This document shows positions 29,087 to 38,139 of a stretch of 50,861 nt of DNA, one piece after another. Location of the stretch: assembly GCA_030040335.1 (NCBI GenBank), contig JASHTX010000036.1, forward strand, positions 1-50,861. Reading direction: 5' to 3'. Source of the stretch: Candidatus Micrarchaeota archaeon (GTDB taxonomy: Archaea > Micrarchaeota > Micrarchaeia > Micrarchaeales > CABMGC01). The notes under the pieces are model-generated. The model had not been told where the DNA came from. It worked only from the letters and a program-made list of their open reading frames with translations, and did no database searches. Each line of letters starts with the position of its first letter. Positions within the stretch are counted from its first letter, which is position 1. A program made the position numbers and the translations under genes.

Positions 29087-30562
29087 TCAATCCTCCTCTA
29101 TCTTGCCAAGTTCCCTGAGCTTTGACTCCACCTGCTTCTCCTCTGCACCTACGCTTATCTTGGCCATTATCGCGAGATATTTTGTAAGGCCTACGTCGAG
29201 TCCTTCAGGGGTCTCTGATATGCATATCTTGCCCCACTGCGTCCCGTGCACCTCCCTTGCCTGGAAGTGAGGGTGCTTTTTGGCGAGCGGGGACTTTACC
29301 CTGCGGAGGTTCGTGTAGGTGCTGATCAGGTTGGTGCGGTCGAGGACCTGCGAGACTCCTGTCTGCCCAGCCACCCATGTGCCGGTACCCATCGCGTATG
29401 CAATCTTCTCAGTTATCGTCTCGGGGCTTATGATTGTGGGAATGCTGAGCTTTCTGCCTCTGGCGCTTGCCCTCTCTATCTGGTACTTCACGTCCTTTAC
29501 GAAGAACCTGAACGCGTATGCGAATAGCTCTTCCATCAACTGTCCTGAGTACTTGATTCGCTTGTTTGAGTAGTGGTCCTTGTCATCCTGTGATGCGAGC
29601 CTGTTGGCGACTATGCTGGCGCGCCTCGCCATCTGGAGTATGTACTTGCCCTTCTCCTTCCTCTCCTCTGGCTTCGTCCCGATGTGGGGCAGAAGGTAGG
29701 TGTCCAGCTGGGTCTCGGCCCTCTTTATCTGGTACTCCTTGGCCTGGCCTGGTGCCGAGAGCTTGCCGAGCTCTAGGAGAGCGTCGCTTGGCCCCAGCTC
29801 CTTTGCTTCGCTCATTTCAGTGTTTAGCAGCATGTCGTTCTTGTAGGCCTGAATGTCGCTGGCAGCGTCGAGCATGTCACTGACCTGTATGCCGAGCGCC
29901 CTGAGCACTAGGATCATGCCAACGGCCTTGTGGAGAGTCGGAAACTCAACGCTGAAAACTCCATTCTGGTTCCTTGAGATGACCGTCCTGGCCCTGAAAC
30001 CTGGGGCCGTAGAGAAAACCTTGCTTGTGGTCTCGACCCCTCCCTTCTCCCTGCTGGTGATTATCCTGTTTGGAGCCAGATCTTCAAGGCCTATCAGCAC
30101 TCGCTCAGTGCCTTTTATTATGAAATATCCGCCTGGGTCGTCAGGGTCTTCCCCGTTCTCAACCAGCTGCCCCCTTGTCATGGTCTTGAAATGGCAGAGG
30201 TTGCTTCTCACAACTATCGGCAGTTCTCCAACGAAGACCTCTCCGTACGATGCTTCCTTTTCTATCCCCCTTATCATAGGCACGAACTCGAGGAACATTG
30301 GAGACGCATAGGTGAGGTTTCTGAGCCTTGCCTCGTTTGGCAGTATGCTTCTTCTTGAACTGTCAGCCTCTATTATCGAGGGTTTGTCCAGCCTGACCTT
30401 TCCAAGCTTGAGCGCAAAGCCTTCGACGCTCGGCTCTATGGTCGCCTGCTGGTCGATTATCTTCTGCAGGTCCTGTTCAGCGAACCTGTTGAAGCTATCG
30501 ATCTGGTGCTGAACCAGAGAGTTAGAGCTTAGGTAAGAATCCAGTATCAAATTCTTTTTCAT
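29087..30562 (-). CDS. rpoB2: DNA-directed RNA polymerase subunit B'' (N-terminal half of B)
   Basis: 'SLVQHQIDSFNRF' lies near the N-terminus. The ORF track extends to 30724, overlapping rpoH. The ATG at 30562 ('MKKNLILDSYL') is the plausible start. Confidence 0.9.
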   Translation of the reverse strand: MKKNLILDSYLSSNSLVQHQIDSFNRFAEQDLQKIIDQQATIEPSVEGFALKLGKVRLDKPSIIEADSSRRSILPNEARLRNLTYASPMFLEFVPMIRGIEKEASYGEVFVGELPIVVRSNLCHFKTMTRGQLVENGEDPDDPGGYFIIKGTERVLIGLEDLAPNRIITSREKGGVETTSKVFSTAPGFRARTVISRNQNGVFSVEFPTLHKAVGMILVLRALGIQVSDMLDAASDIQAYKNDMLLNTEMSEAKELGPSDALLELGKLSAPGQAKEYQIKRAETQLDTYLLPHIGTKPEERKEKGKYILQMARRASIVANRLASQDDKDHYSNKRIKYSGQLMEELFAYAFRFFVKDVKYQIERASARGRKLSIPTIISPETITEKIAYAMGTGTWVAGQTGVSQVLDRTNLISTYTNLRRVKSPLAKKHPHFQAREVHGTQWGKICISETPEGLDVGLTKYLAIMAKISVGAEEKQVESKLRELGKIEED

Positions 30563-30575
30563 ATCGGAGCACCAT

Positions 30576-30839
30576 TCAACCTTCAACAACATACCTGTAG
30601 TAGGTGTAGCTCTTGCCGAAGTCGTGTCTCTCCATCTCGAGGACGTCGCCGACCTTGGCGCCTGCCTTCTGGGCCTGCGGGTCGCTGACAAGTATTTTTG
30701 GAAGGTTGTTGAGCGTGATTCCAAGGGAAGCGAGCAGCTCGTTGACAGAGTTGCGACTCATGACCTTATGAACTGGGACGAGTTCGTGTTCTCGCTTAGG
30801 CAATAATCCACCAAAGAAGGGCAAGGCTACCTTTGTCAA
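30576..30839 (-). CDS. rpoH: DNA-directed RNA polymerase subunit H (Rpb5-like)
   Basis: 'HELVPVHKVMS...LPKILVSDPQAQKAGAKVGDVLEMER'. The apparent start is TTG and is uncertain. Confidence 0.8.
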   Translation of the reverse strand: MTKVALPFFGGLLPKREHELVPVHKVMSRNSVNELLASLGITLNNLPKILVSDPQAQKAGAKVGDVLEMERHDFGKSYTYYRYVVEG

Positions 30840-30924
30840 GAGTACAGAGTATTAATAAGTAGGGCAAATGTTTATATCTGTTTCCATCTGTCGGTCAGCC
30901 GCTCAAGCCTGATTCCTTGGATGG

Positions 30925-30933
30925 TTTTTATAG
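30925..30933 (+). promoter_or_regulatory. TATA-like box (TTTTTATAG) upstream of trpS
   Basis: It ends 28 nt before the ATG at 30961, spacing consistent with a leaderless archaeal mRNA. Confidence 0.4.
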
Positions 30934-30960
30934 TTTTATGTAGAAGCATTAGTTGTTGAC

Positions 30961-32076
30961 ATGCCTGATGACTTCAAGGTAACTCCATACGATGTAGAGG
31001 GAGTCGTTGACTACGAAAGGCTGATGAAACATGCCGGCCTCGAGCAGGTAAGCGACAAGATGCTCGATCGTATGAAGAAGCATGCGGGTGAGCTCCACTT
31101 CATGCTGAGGAGGAAGATCTTCTTCGCGCAGAGGGACCTCAGCTGGCTGCTTGATGAGTACGAGAAAGGGAACAAGTTTTATCTCTATACTGGAATAGCC
31201 CCGAGCGGCGCGATGACCTTCGCACATCTCTTCAACTTCATCTTCAACCAGTGGCTGCAGGAGAAGTTCAAGGTTGACATGTACATACAGATACCAGACG
31301 AGGAGAAACCGCTGATCAGGGACGTGACATTCGAGGAGACGCACAGGCTCGCATACGAGGACATACTCAACATAATCGCGCTTGGCTTCGACTCCAAGAG
31401 GACGAAGATATTCCTTGATACGGAGTATGCGAAGACAATGTACAAGCCTGCGATGAAGATTGCGAAGCGCATAACATTCTCGATGATAAAGGATTCTTTC
31501 GGGTTCACAAACGAAAACAACGTAGGCAGCATATTCTATACGAGCATGCAGGCCGTGCCCGCGATACTAAAGTCAATAGAAGAGGGCAAGAATGTTCCCT
31601 GCCTGATACCGTGCGGTGTTGACCAGGATGTGCATTTCAGGCTGACAAGGGATGCAGTCTCGAAATTGGGCTACTACAAACCTGCAGGGCTCTATTCGAA
31701 GTTCATGCCGGGCTTGAGCGGAGTGAAAAAAATGTCTGCTCACAGTCCAAACGATACAATTTACCTGAACGACTCACCGGAGGTTGTGGAGAAGAAGGTT
31801 CAGAAGGCGTTTACAGGGCAACAGTCAACCGCAGAGCTTCAGAAGAAACTCGGCGGCGATCCGGAGAAGTGCGCAGTCTGCCAGTACTATAAGTTCCTCT
31901 TCGAGCCTGACGACAAGAAGCTGGAGAAGATATTCGAAGGCGAGCGTAGCGGCACAATGCTCGCAGGGGAGCACAAGGAGCACCTTGCGAAGACGATAAA
32001 CAAGTTCCTTGAAGAACACAGGAAGAAGAAGGAAAGGCTGAAGGACAAGATTGAGGACTTTGTAGTAAGAGATTAG
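30961..32076 (+). CDS. trpS: tryptophanyl-tRNA synthetase (archaeal/eukaryotic type)
   Basis: 'VTPYDVEGVVDYERL' N-terminus, 'FYLYTGIAPSGAMTFAHL...QWLQEKF' and KMSKS-equivalent 'KKMSAH'. Confidence 0.85.
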   Translation: MPDDFKVTPYDVEGVVDYERLMKHAGLEQVSDKMLDRMKKHAGELHFMLRRKIFFAQRDLSWLLDEYEKGNKFYLYTGIAPSGAMTFAHLFNFIFNQWLQEKFKVDMYIQIPDEEKPLIRDVTFEETHRLAYEDILNIIALGFDSKRTKIFLDTEYAKTMYKPAMKIAKRITFSMIKDSFGFTNENNVGSIFYTSMQAVPAILKSIEEGKNVPCLIPCGVDQDVHFRLTRDAVSKLGYYKPAGLYSKFMPGLSGVKKMSAHSPNDTIYLNDSPEVVEKKVQKAFTGQQSTAELQKKLGGDPEKCAVCQYYKFLFEPDDKKLEKIFEGERSGTMLAGEHKEHLAKTINKFLEEHRKKKERLKDKIEDFVVRD

Positions 32077-32343
32077 ATGGCGGGAAAGGGACTTGAAGCA
32101 AGAGTAAGCAGCATAGAACAGAGAAATAGGAGAGTTGAAAGTGACAAAGCGTGGGAAATCAGCAAAACAAGAAGAGCCATAATTGTGGTTTTCACATATC
32201 TTGCCATAGGAGCCTACCTACTGGTGATTGGAGTACCAAATGCTCTCCTGAATGCAGTAGTACCGACAGTTGCATTTACACTCTCGACCCTTACCTTGCC
32301 TTTTTTCAAGAAGCTTTGGATCGAAAGTGTTTATACTAGGTAG
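32077..32343 (+). CDS. small 2-TM membrane protein
   Basis: 88-aa ORF starting immediately after the trpS stop, with a basic N-terminus and two hydrophobic helices. Confidence 0.45.
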   Translation: MAGKGLEARVSSIEQRNRRVESDKAWEISKTRRAIIVVFTYLAIGAYLLVIGVPNALLNAVVPTVAFTLSTLTLPFFKKLWIESVYTR

Positions 32344-32347
32344 AAAC

Positions 32348-33322
32348 ATGCTTGTCATAGGAATAGAGAGCAGCGCACACACGTTCGGAGTGGGCATAGT
32401 TTCCGATGGTAAAGTACTAGCTAATGAGAAAATGATGTACGATGTCGGCACGCACGGCATAATACCTGTCAAGGTTGCAGAAACACACATCAAGAACTCC
32501 GCTGCGGTTATCCAAAGCGCCCTGGACAAGGCAGGAATCAAGATCAGTGAGCTTGAAGGTGTGGGATACACCAAAGGGCCAGGCATAGGTCCATGCCTGC
32601 AGGTGGGCCAGATTGCGGCCAAGACAATCGCAAAGAGGCTAAAACTGAAAATCGCTCCTGTAAATCACGCGGTCGCTCACGCAGAGATAACAAAACGCGA
32701 AGGCGGATTCAAGGATCCGATAATACTGTATGTCAGCGGAGGAAACTCGCAGATACTGAAAATTACAGACAAGCCCTTCAGGCACTATCACATCCTTGGA
32801 GAGACCTTTGACATAGGTGTGGGCAACATGCTCGACGCTTTCGCAAGGGAAATCAAGCTTAAGCCGGCATGGGGGTCGACCGTGGCCAAGCTCGCAATGG
32901 AAGGCAAGTATATCGAGATGCCTTATACTGTGAAGGGCATGGACTTCGCCTTCTCAGGCCTGCTCACATATGCTAGCGAACTTGCGGGCAAGGCAAAGAA
33001 CGAGGATTTATGCTACTCGATTCAGGAAACGTCTTTTGCGATGCTCTGCGAGGCCACGGAAAGAGCGCTTCTGCTCACGAACAGCAGGGAGCTGGGCGTG
33101 TGCGGAGGCGTTGCGCAGAGCAACAGGCTGAAGGAGATGCTTGCGAGCGTGTGCAAAGAGCACCGTATGAAGTTTGGGTTCGCGAGGAATGAGTACAACG
33201 CGGACAACGGAGCAATGATCGCATTTGTCGCTGAACGGATGCTGGAGAAAGGGAGCCATCAGCCGCTTGAGAAGTGCGACGTGCAGCAGAGATACAGGAT
33301 AGACAGGGCCATGGTTTACTAG
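32348..33322 (+). CDS. kae1: tRNA N6-adenosine threonylcarbamoyltransferase Kae1
   Basis: 'MLVIGIESSAHTFGVGIV', 'NHAVAHAE' and 'VSGGNSQI'. The ORF track start at 32270 is an upstream extension. Confidence 0.9.
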   Translation: MLVIGIESSAHTFGVGIVSDGKVLANEKMMYDVGTHGIIPVKVAETHIKNSAAVIQSALDKAGIKISELEGVGYTKGPGIGPCLQVGQIAAKTIAKRLKLKIAPVNHAVAHAEITKREGGFKDPIILYVSGGNSQILKITDKPFRHYHILGETFDIGVGNMLDAFAREIKLKPAWGSTVAKLAMEGKYIEMPYTVKGMDFAFSGLLTYASELAGKAKNEDLCYSIQETSFAMLCEATERALLLTNSRELGVCGGVAQSNRLKEMLASVCKEHRMKFGFARNEYNADNGAMIAFVAERMLEKGSHQPLEKCDVQQRYRIDRAMVY

Positions 33323-33329
33323 TGGTGCT

Positions 33330-33917
33330 ATGAGGCTATTGAGCGAAGGAGCGGAGTCAAGGGTCTTTGTCACCAGCATCTTTGGAAAAAGCGCTGTGGC
33401 AAAACTAAGGCATGCCAAAGCTTACAGAATAGAGCAGATTGATGGCACTCTGAGGAAGACGAGGACAAAGAAGGAAGCAAGGGCCATGAACAAGGCCAGG
33501 GAGGTGTGCGGGCGGGTCCCTGCCCTGCTGGGCGTAGGCAAATTCACGCTGTACATGGAGAAGATAGAAGGTACGCTACTCAAAGATGTCAAGAATCAGC
33601 GTGTCGACTATGGTGAGATAGGAAAGACTCTGGCAAAGATGCATGATGCTGATGTCGTGCACGGAGATTTCACGCCTGCAAACATAATCATCAACAAGTC
33701 GGGAGCCTGGATCATAGATTTTGGGTTGTCCGACATAACAGATAGCATAGAGGATAAGGCGCTAGACTTGTTGCTCATGAAGAGGTCCATAGACCGGAAA
33801 CTTTACGCCGGTATGGAATCTGCCTATTCTAAGGAACTGAAGAACTCAAAACTGGTTCTGGACAGGCTTGCAGATATAGAGAAAAGAGGAAGATATCAAG
33901 TAAGGTCACTTGCGTGA
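33330..33917 (+). CDS. bud32: Bud32/PRPK atypical kinase (KEOPS subunit)
   Basis: 'GAESRVF', 'HGDFTPANIII' and 'IDFGLS'. It is a separate gene 7 nt after kae1, not fused to it. Confidence 0.8.
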   Translation: MRLLSEGAESRVFVTSIFGKSAVAKLRHAKAYRIEQIDGTLRKTRTKKEARAMNKAREVCGRVPALLGVGKFTLYMEKIEGTLLKDVKNQRVDYGEIGKTLAKMHDADVVHGDFTPANIIINKSGAWIIDFGLSDITDSIEDKALDLLLMKRSIDRKLYAGMESAYSKELKNSKLVLDRLADIEKRGRYQVRSLA

Positions 33918-33940
33918 TAGGTGCAGGCCCGCCTGCCCCT

Positions 33941-35014
33941 TTAACGTCCCCATGCCGGACTGACTGGCCAACCATCAGCTACCAACTCGCCAGGCACCCA
34001 TTTGCTTTTAGCTGCCAGGATTATCTGCTTCTGCTTTTCACCGACCACCCAACCGTAGCCGACAATTACGCCGTGCTCCTCGTCGGCGGATTGACTGTGG
34101 ACGAGTCCTGATTCGGCAAAGTTTGTGGTAACTCGGAAACGAGCGTCTGTAGAGCAGATTTCATGGACTGTGAAAGCCACAAGGCGAGGTTTGCCATTCT
34201 CCATTGGTTTTTCCATCTCATCTTTAATCACCTTTGCTGCGGCTTCGGAAACATAAAGTTTTTCATCAGAGTCAAGGCTATCTGCCCAATGGATGTTATC
34301 GACCAGATACTTGAAAGCAGGGCGCCATAATTTTCCAGTCTGCAAATCAACCTTGTAATATCCAGCCTGCAAGGGCTTGCCATATTTATCTACCGCGTTT
34401 GCTGCGCTTACAACAAATATGTTGCCCTTGTTATCTTCCAGAAACCTTGCTTCCTTGAGCAGCCTAGGAATAGTTGCTGGTTTTATCATCTCTTTTCCTG
34501 CAATCTCGCCTCCTTCTTCGAGTGAATGCGCGACATTCTCTGACTTAACAAACTGAGCCCTTTTAAGTCTAGCCAGCGTGGCATCAAGTTTTTCAAGTTC
34601 TCGGGCCGTAGGTTCTGGCACGCTGGTATTATTCAGATATACGGTCCTCCCCTGACCGATCTGATAGGGTATATCTCTGTATCTGAGCCTGAACAACTCC
34701 TTGACAGCCTCATATGTCTTTGGGTAGTTGATTCTCACTAGTATCTGGAATTGTGGAGAGCGGTTGCCGGAAAAAAGGTAAGCATAATCCACGCCCATTA
34801 GCCCTTCGAGTGTCCCCTTTACCTCTTCAAGCCTCTTTTCTGCAAGTCCGGATTTTCTAAGCGCTGTTCTCCACCCCTTTGAGGTTTTACTCTCATGAGC
34901 CCGCATCTCTCTTACGTACCAACGTGGCTCACTGCGTTCGTACTCTTGCATTGCTTTTTGTCTTGGTGTCGGTATCACATGCCCTGCGATTCCCTCTCTT
35001 TTCTCAGCTAACAC
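33941..35014 (-). CDS. hypothetical protein (357 aa)
   Basis: Long intact ORF with no recognised motif, signal peptide or TM helix. Confidence 0.5.
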   Translation of the reverse strand: MLAEKREGIAGHVIPTPRQKAMQEYERSEPRWYVREMRAHESKTSKGWRTALRKSGLAEKRLEEVKGTLEGLMGVDYAYLFSGNRSPQFQILVRINYPKTYEAVKELFRLRYRDIPYQIGQGRTVYLNNTSVPEPTARELEKLDATLARLKRAQFVKSENVAHSLEEGGEIAGKEMIKPATIPRLLKEARFLEDNKGNIFVVSAANAVDKYGKPLQAGYYKVDLQTGKLWRPAFKYLVDNIHWADSLDSDEKLYVSEAAAKVIKDEMEKPMENGKPRLVAFTVHEICSTDARFRVTTNFAESGLVHSQSADEEHGVIVGYGWVVGEKQKQIILAAKSKWVPGELVADGWPVSPAWGR

Positions 35015-35368
35015 TCAATAACCCCCTATCCTGTCGCCATCCTCAGATCTGGTTAAGATAAAATCTGAGTTTTGCTTTCGAACCGTCCTCATAGAACACT
35101 TATCCTGATCCCCCTTAATTAACATTGACTTTATAAACGAAAGTACCACTAGGGTTAGTTATTTAGGTAATGTAAATTGGCGCTACAGCTCGCCAACTCT
35201 CCTCTTCTGCGCTCTCTTGATTCTCTTCCTTCTCTTCTTTACCCATTTCCAGCGCATCCTTCCCTTTTTCTTCCATTTTCTGGGTATACTTCCCAATGAA
35301 ACACCATGCTGTTGACAGCAAACATCATTTTATTATTGCTAACGTATATTAATGAAGTGGTTGTTTAG

Positions 35369-36175
35369 TTGGATTCCGCAATAATCATTTATTTCTTCAT
35401 ACTCATGGTGATAATAGTCGCAGCCCTGCTCTTCACAGGCGCAATTGGAGGAAAGGGAAAGACAACTACATCGAATAGCACGACAACACAGGCGGCTGTT
35501 AACACGTCAAGCTCTACATCATCATCGGTCCCGACTACAGCCAATACGACTTCTACAACGGTACAGACAACAACCACCATATACTACAGCAGTTGCCTCT
35601 CGAAAAACCCAGAAGTGCCTGTTGCAAACGGGGATTTCTCTACGGGCACTTATGCAGGATGGAATGAATCGGGGCCTGGTTTTGGAGCCGGACCTTTGAA
35701 TCTGAGTGCTGAAAACAACAACACTGACAAGAACTACACTGGCTACTACGGAAGCTTGCCCTGGAACGGATACAACGGCGAATATGCCGCGTCGAGCTTC
35801 CAGACAGGCCTGGCGCTACAGGCTGGCAACCTGACCTCCATGCCATTCCAAGTAACCGAGCTATTCCTGAACTTCAAGATAGTCTCATCCCAGAGCTCCA
35901 AGCTGTACGTAGAGATACTGGAGAACAACACGCCGGAGGTGGTGACCCACTTTAACACCTACTCTGCAAACGTCACCAGTCCGCAGAGTACTTTCCTGAA
36001 TGGTACGATGCCGATAGGCACTTTACTATGCCAGAACGTGAGCATCAGGGTTGTTGCGGGTTTGACCGGCGAATCTCGGGAAGGCGTAGGCTACATAGCC
36101 ATAGGCGACTTCTACATGAGCAACAATCCGGTTTACACGAAGGGAATTGTGAGCAACCAGACAATAGCCCCTTGA
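35369..36175 (+). CDS. N-terminally anchored protein with Thr/Ser-rich stalk and a jelly-roll-like domain
   Basis: An N-terminal TM helix is followed by 'TTTSNSTTTQAAVNTSSSTSSSVPTTANTTSTTVQTTTT'. Next comes 'NGDFSTGTYAGWNESGPGFG', which resembles the start of LamG/ConA-like sandwich domains, and there are several NxS/T sequons. The start could be TTG 35369 or ATG 35405. Confidence 0.55.
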   Translation: MDSAIIIYFFILMVIIVAALLFTGAIGGKGKTTTSNSTTTQAAVNTSSSTSSSVPTTANTTSTTVQTTTTIYYSSCLSKNPEVPVANGDFSTGTYAGWNESGPGFGAGPLNLSAENNNTDKNYTGYYGSLPWNGYNGEYAASSFQTGLALQAGNLTSMPFQVTELFLNFKIVSSQSSKLYVEILENNTPEVVTHFNTYSANVTSPQSTFLNGTMPIGTLLCQNVSIRVVAGLTGESREGVGYIAIGDFYMSNNPVYTKGIVSNQTIAP

Positions 36176-36185
36176 AAGTGAGCTA

Positions 36186-37625
36186 ATGAGCGAGAGCAAG
36201 CTAGCCGTTTACAACACACTCAGCAGGAGCGAGGAACCATTCGCTCCGATGCATGAGCGCAAGGTGAATATGTTCGTTTGCGGGAACACGGTATATGATG
36301 ACGCTCACCTTGGGCATGCAAAGACATACATAGACTTTGCAATAATCGCGAGATGGCTGAGGCATCTCGGATACGAACTCAGGTACGCGCAGAACATAAC
36401 AGACGTTGATGACAAGATAATCGCCAGGGCCAAGGAGCGCGGGATTGAGGCGAGGGAGCTTGCAGCCACATACGAGAAGAGATTCATGGAAGATATGGAG
36501 GCTCTGGGGATAAGGAAAGATGTTGATGTTTACCCGCGGTCGCACGATTACATAGAGACGATACGCGAGCAGATACAGTTGCTCCTTGACAAGGGCTACG
36601 CATACCTTCTGGAAGGCGACGTCTACTACGATGTTGCCAGGTTCAAAGATTATACAAAACTATCTCGGATGAAGCTCGATGAGTTGAAGAGACACAGAAT
36701 AGAGCCGAAGGAAGGCAAGATCAACCAGTATGATTTTTCACTCTGGAAGGCCGCAAAGGCAGGAGAACCGAGATGGGAGATAAAGGTAATGCACAAGGGG
36801 AATGAGGTAAAGCTGATTGGCAGGCCTGGCTGGCACATAGAGGATACGGCAATGACATATGCCCTCTTCGGTCCGCAATACGACGTGCATGGCGGAGCCA
36901 ATGAGCTAATCTTTCCTCATCACACGAACGAGATAGCCCAAGCAGAGGCTGCTTTCGGGAAGATTCCTTTTGTGAAGTACTGGCTGCACTCAGGGGTACT
37001 GAACATAAAGGACGTAAAGATGAGCAAAAGCCTAAGGAACTTCATAACTATAAGGGATTTCCTGAAGAACTATGATGCTGAGGTCTTCAGGCTTCTCGTC
37101 TGCTCCACGCACTACAGGAAGGATATAGATTATAGCGATGCACTCGTGAAGGAGGCGCAGAAGAGGCTGAGGTACCTGTATGCTGCCTTTGGAATCTTCT
37201 TCAATATGAGCGAGGCAGGAGAGTCGGACAATGATCGGAAGATCCTGGAGATATCGCAGACGCTTGAAAACGAGTTTGCGAAGGCGATGAACTCTGATTT
37301 CAACACGCCCCTGGCACTCTCAAAACTTGTCCAGGCGGTGAAGGCGCTGCGGGAGTTCTCCGGCTCAAATGAAAAGATTGGCAAAAAGGCAAAGGAGAAT
37401 GCTGCAAAGATTGTGCTGAACCTTGCCAACGTACTCGGCCTGCTCGAAAGCGACAGGTATAAGGAGAAGATGCCACAGGAAGTTCTGGATCTTATCAAAA
37501 AGAGGGAAGCACTAAGGGCTGAAAAGAAATTTGCAGAAGCTGACAAGATAAGAGACGAAGTAAAGAAACATGGAGTTGCCATAGAGGATACGGAATTTGG
37601 ATCAGTATGGTACAGGAACAGCTGA
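36186..37625 (+). CDS. cysS: cysteinyl-tRNA synthetase
   Basis: 'HLGHAKTY' (HIGH) and 'VKMSKSLRN' (KMSKS). Length is 479 aa. Confidence 0.93.
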   Translation: MSESKLAVYNTLSRSEEPFAPMHERKVNMFVCGNTVYDDAHLGHAKTYIDFAIIARWLRHLGYELRYAQNITDVDDKIIARAKERGIEARELAATYEKRFMEDMEALGIRKDVDVYPRSHDYIETIREQIQLLLDKGYAYLLEGDVYYDVARFKDYTKLSRMKLDELKRHRIEPKEGKINQYDFSLWKAAKAGEPRWEIKVMHKGNEVKLIGRPGWHIEDTAMTYALFGPQYDVHGGANELIFPHHTNEIAQAEAAFGKIPFVKYWLHSGVLNIKDVKMSKSLRNFITIRDFLKNYDAEVFRLLVCSTHYRKDIDYSDALVKEAQKRLRYLYAAFGIFFNMSEAGESDNDRKILEISQTLENEFAKAMNSDFNTPLALSKLVQAVKALREFSGSNEKIGKKAKENAAKIVLNLANVLGLLESDRYKEKMPQEVLDLIKKREALRAEKKFAEADKIRDEVKKHGVAIEDTEFGSVWYRNS

Positions 37626-37626
37626 A

Positions 37627-38088
37627 TCATTCTTGCTTAGGTTCTGCTTGAGCGGTTGCCATGCCTCCTGGTTCTGGAACTGCGCGTCCGCCTCTCTTCT
37701 TCTGCTTCTCTATCCTGGCATTCGCGAATTGAACGTCCGCGTCCTCTGCATCCTTTGAGTCGACCCAGGCCTTGATGTAGACAGCGATATTCTTGAACGG
37801 CTTCGAGTACCTGTCCGTGAACTCATATGCGTTGTTCTCGTGCTTTAGAATCCCGACAGCCACTGCGAAGTCAAGATATCTCTTCCATGTGGCAATGGGC
37901 AGTGTGTCATCGCAGTCCTTGAGCCTCAGCGCACCTTTCTTCTTTACCTCCAGAAGTGCCTTTGCAAAGCGGTAAGCGCGCGTCTCGTTCTCGAAGTATA
38001 TCTTGGCCAGCTCTTTTACGTTCGGGCTCTTCAGCTTCTCCTTGAGAGGAGCGTCCTCGAACTCCCAGTACTTGATCGCCATGTGCAT
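37627..38088 (-). CDS. hypothetical protein (153 aa), possibly wHTH-like
   Basis: Intact ORF with a basic C-terminal tail. Only weakly suggestive of a DNA-binding fold. Confidence 0.45.
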   Translation of the reverse strand: MHMAIKYWEFEDAPLKEKLKSPNVKELAKIYFENETRAYRFAKALLEVKKKGALRLKDCDDTLPIATWKRYLDFAVAVGILKHENNAYEFTDRYSKPFKNIAVYIKAWVDSKDAEDADVQFANARIEKQKKRGGRAVPEPGGMATAQAEPKQE

Positions 38089-38139
38089 ATTCCATAGTTT
38101 AGGAATTTTAACCTTTGCGTTTGGTAGAAGCAGTTCGCC

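Noticed and set aside
23392-30839. The RNAP operon is followed by an Sm protein gene rather than the common L30e-NusA-S12-S7 continuation.
   Set aside because: Gene-order erosion of this cluster is common in fast-evolving archaeal lineages. It is not informative on its own.
30961-32076. TrpRS in which the class I HIGH signature reads 'TFAH' (context 'GAMTFAHL') and KMSKS reads 'KMSAH'.
   Set aside because: TrpRS tolerates degenerate signatures (bacterial enzymes use TIGN and KMSKS variants). The rest of the protein is full-length and conserved, so this is probably lineage divergence rather than loss of function.
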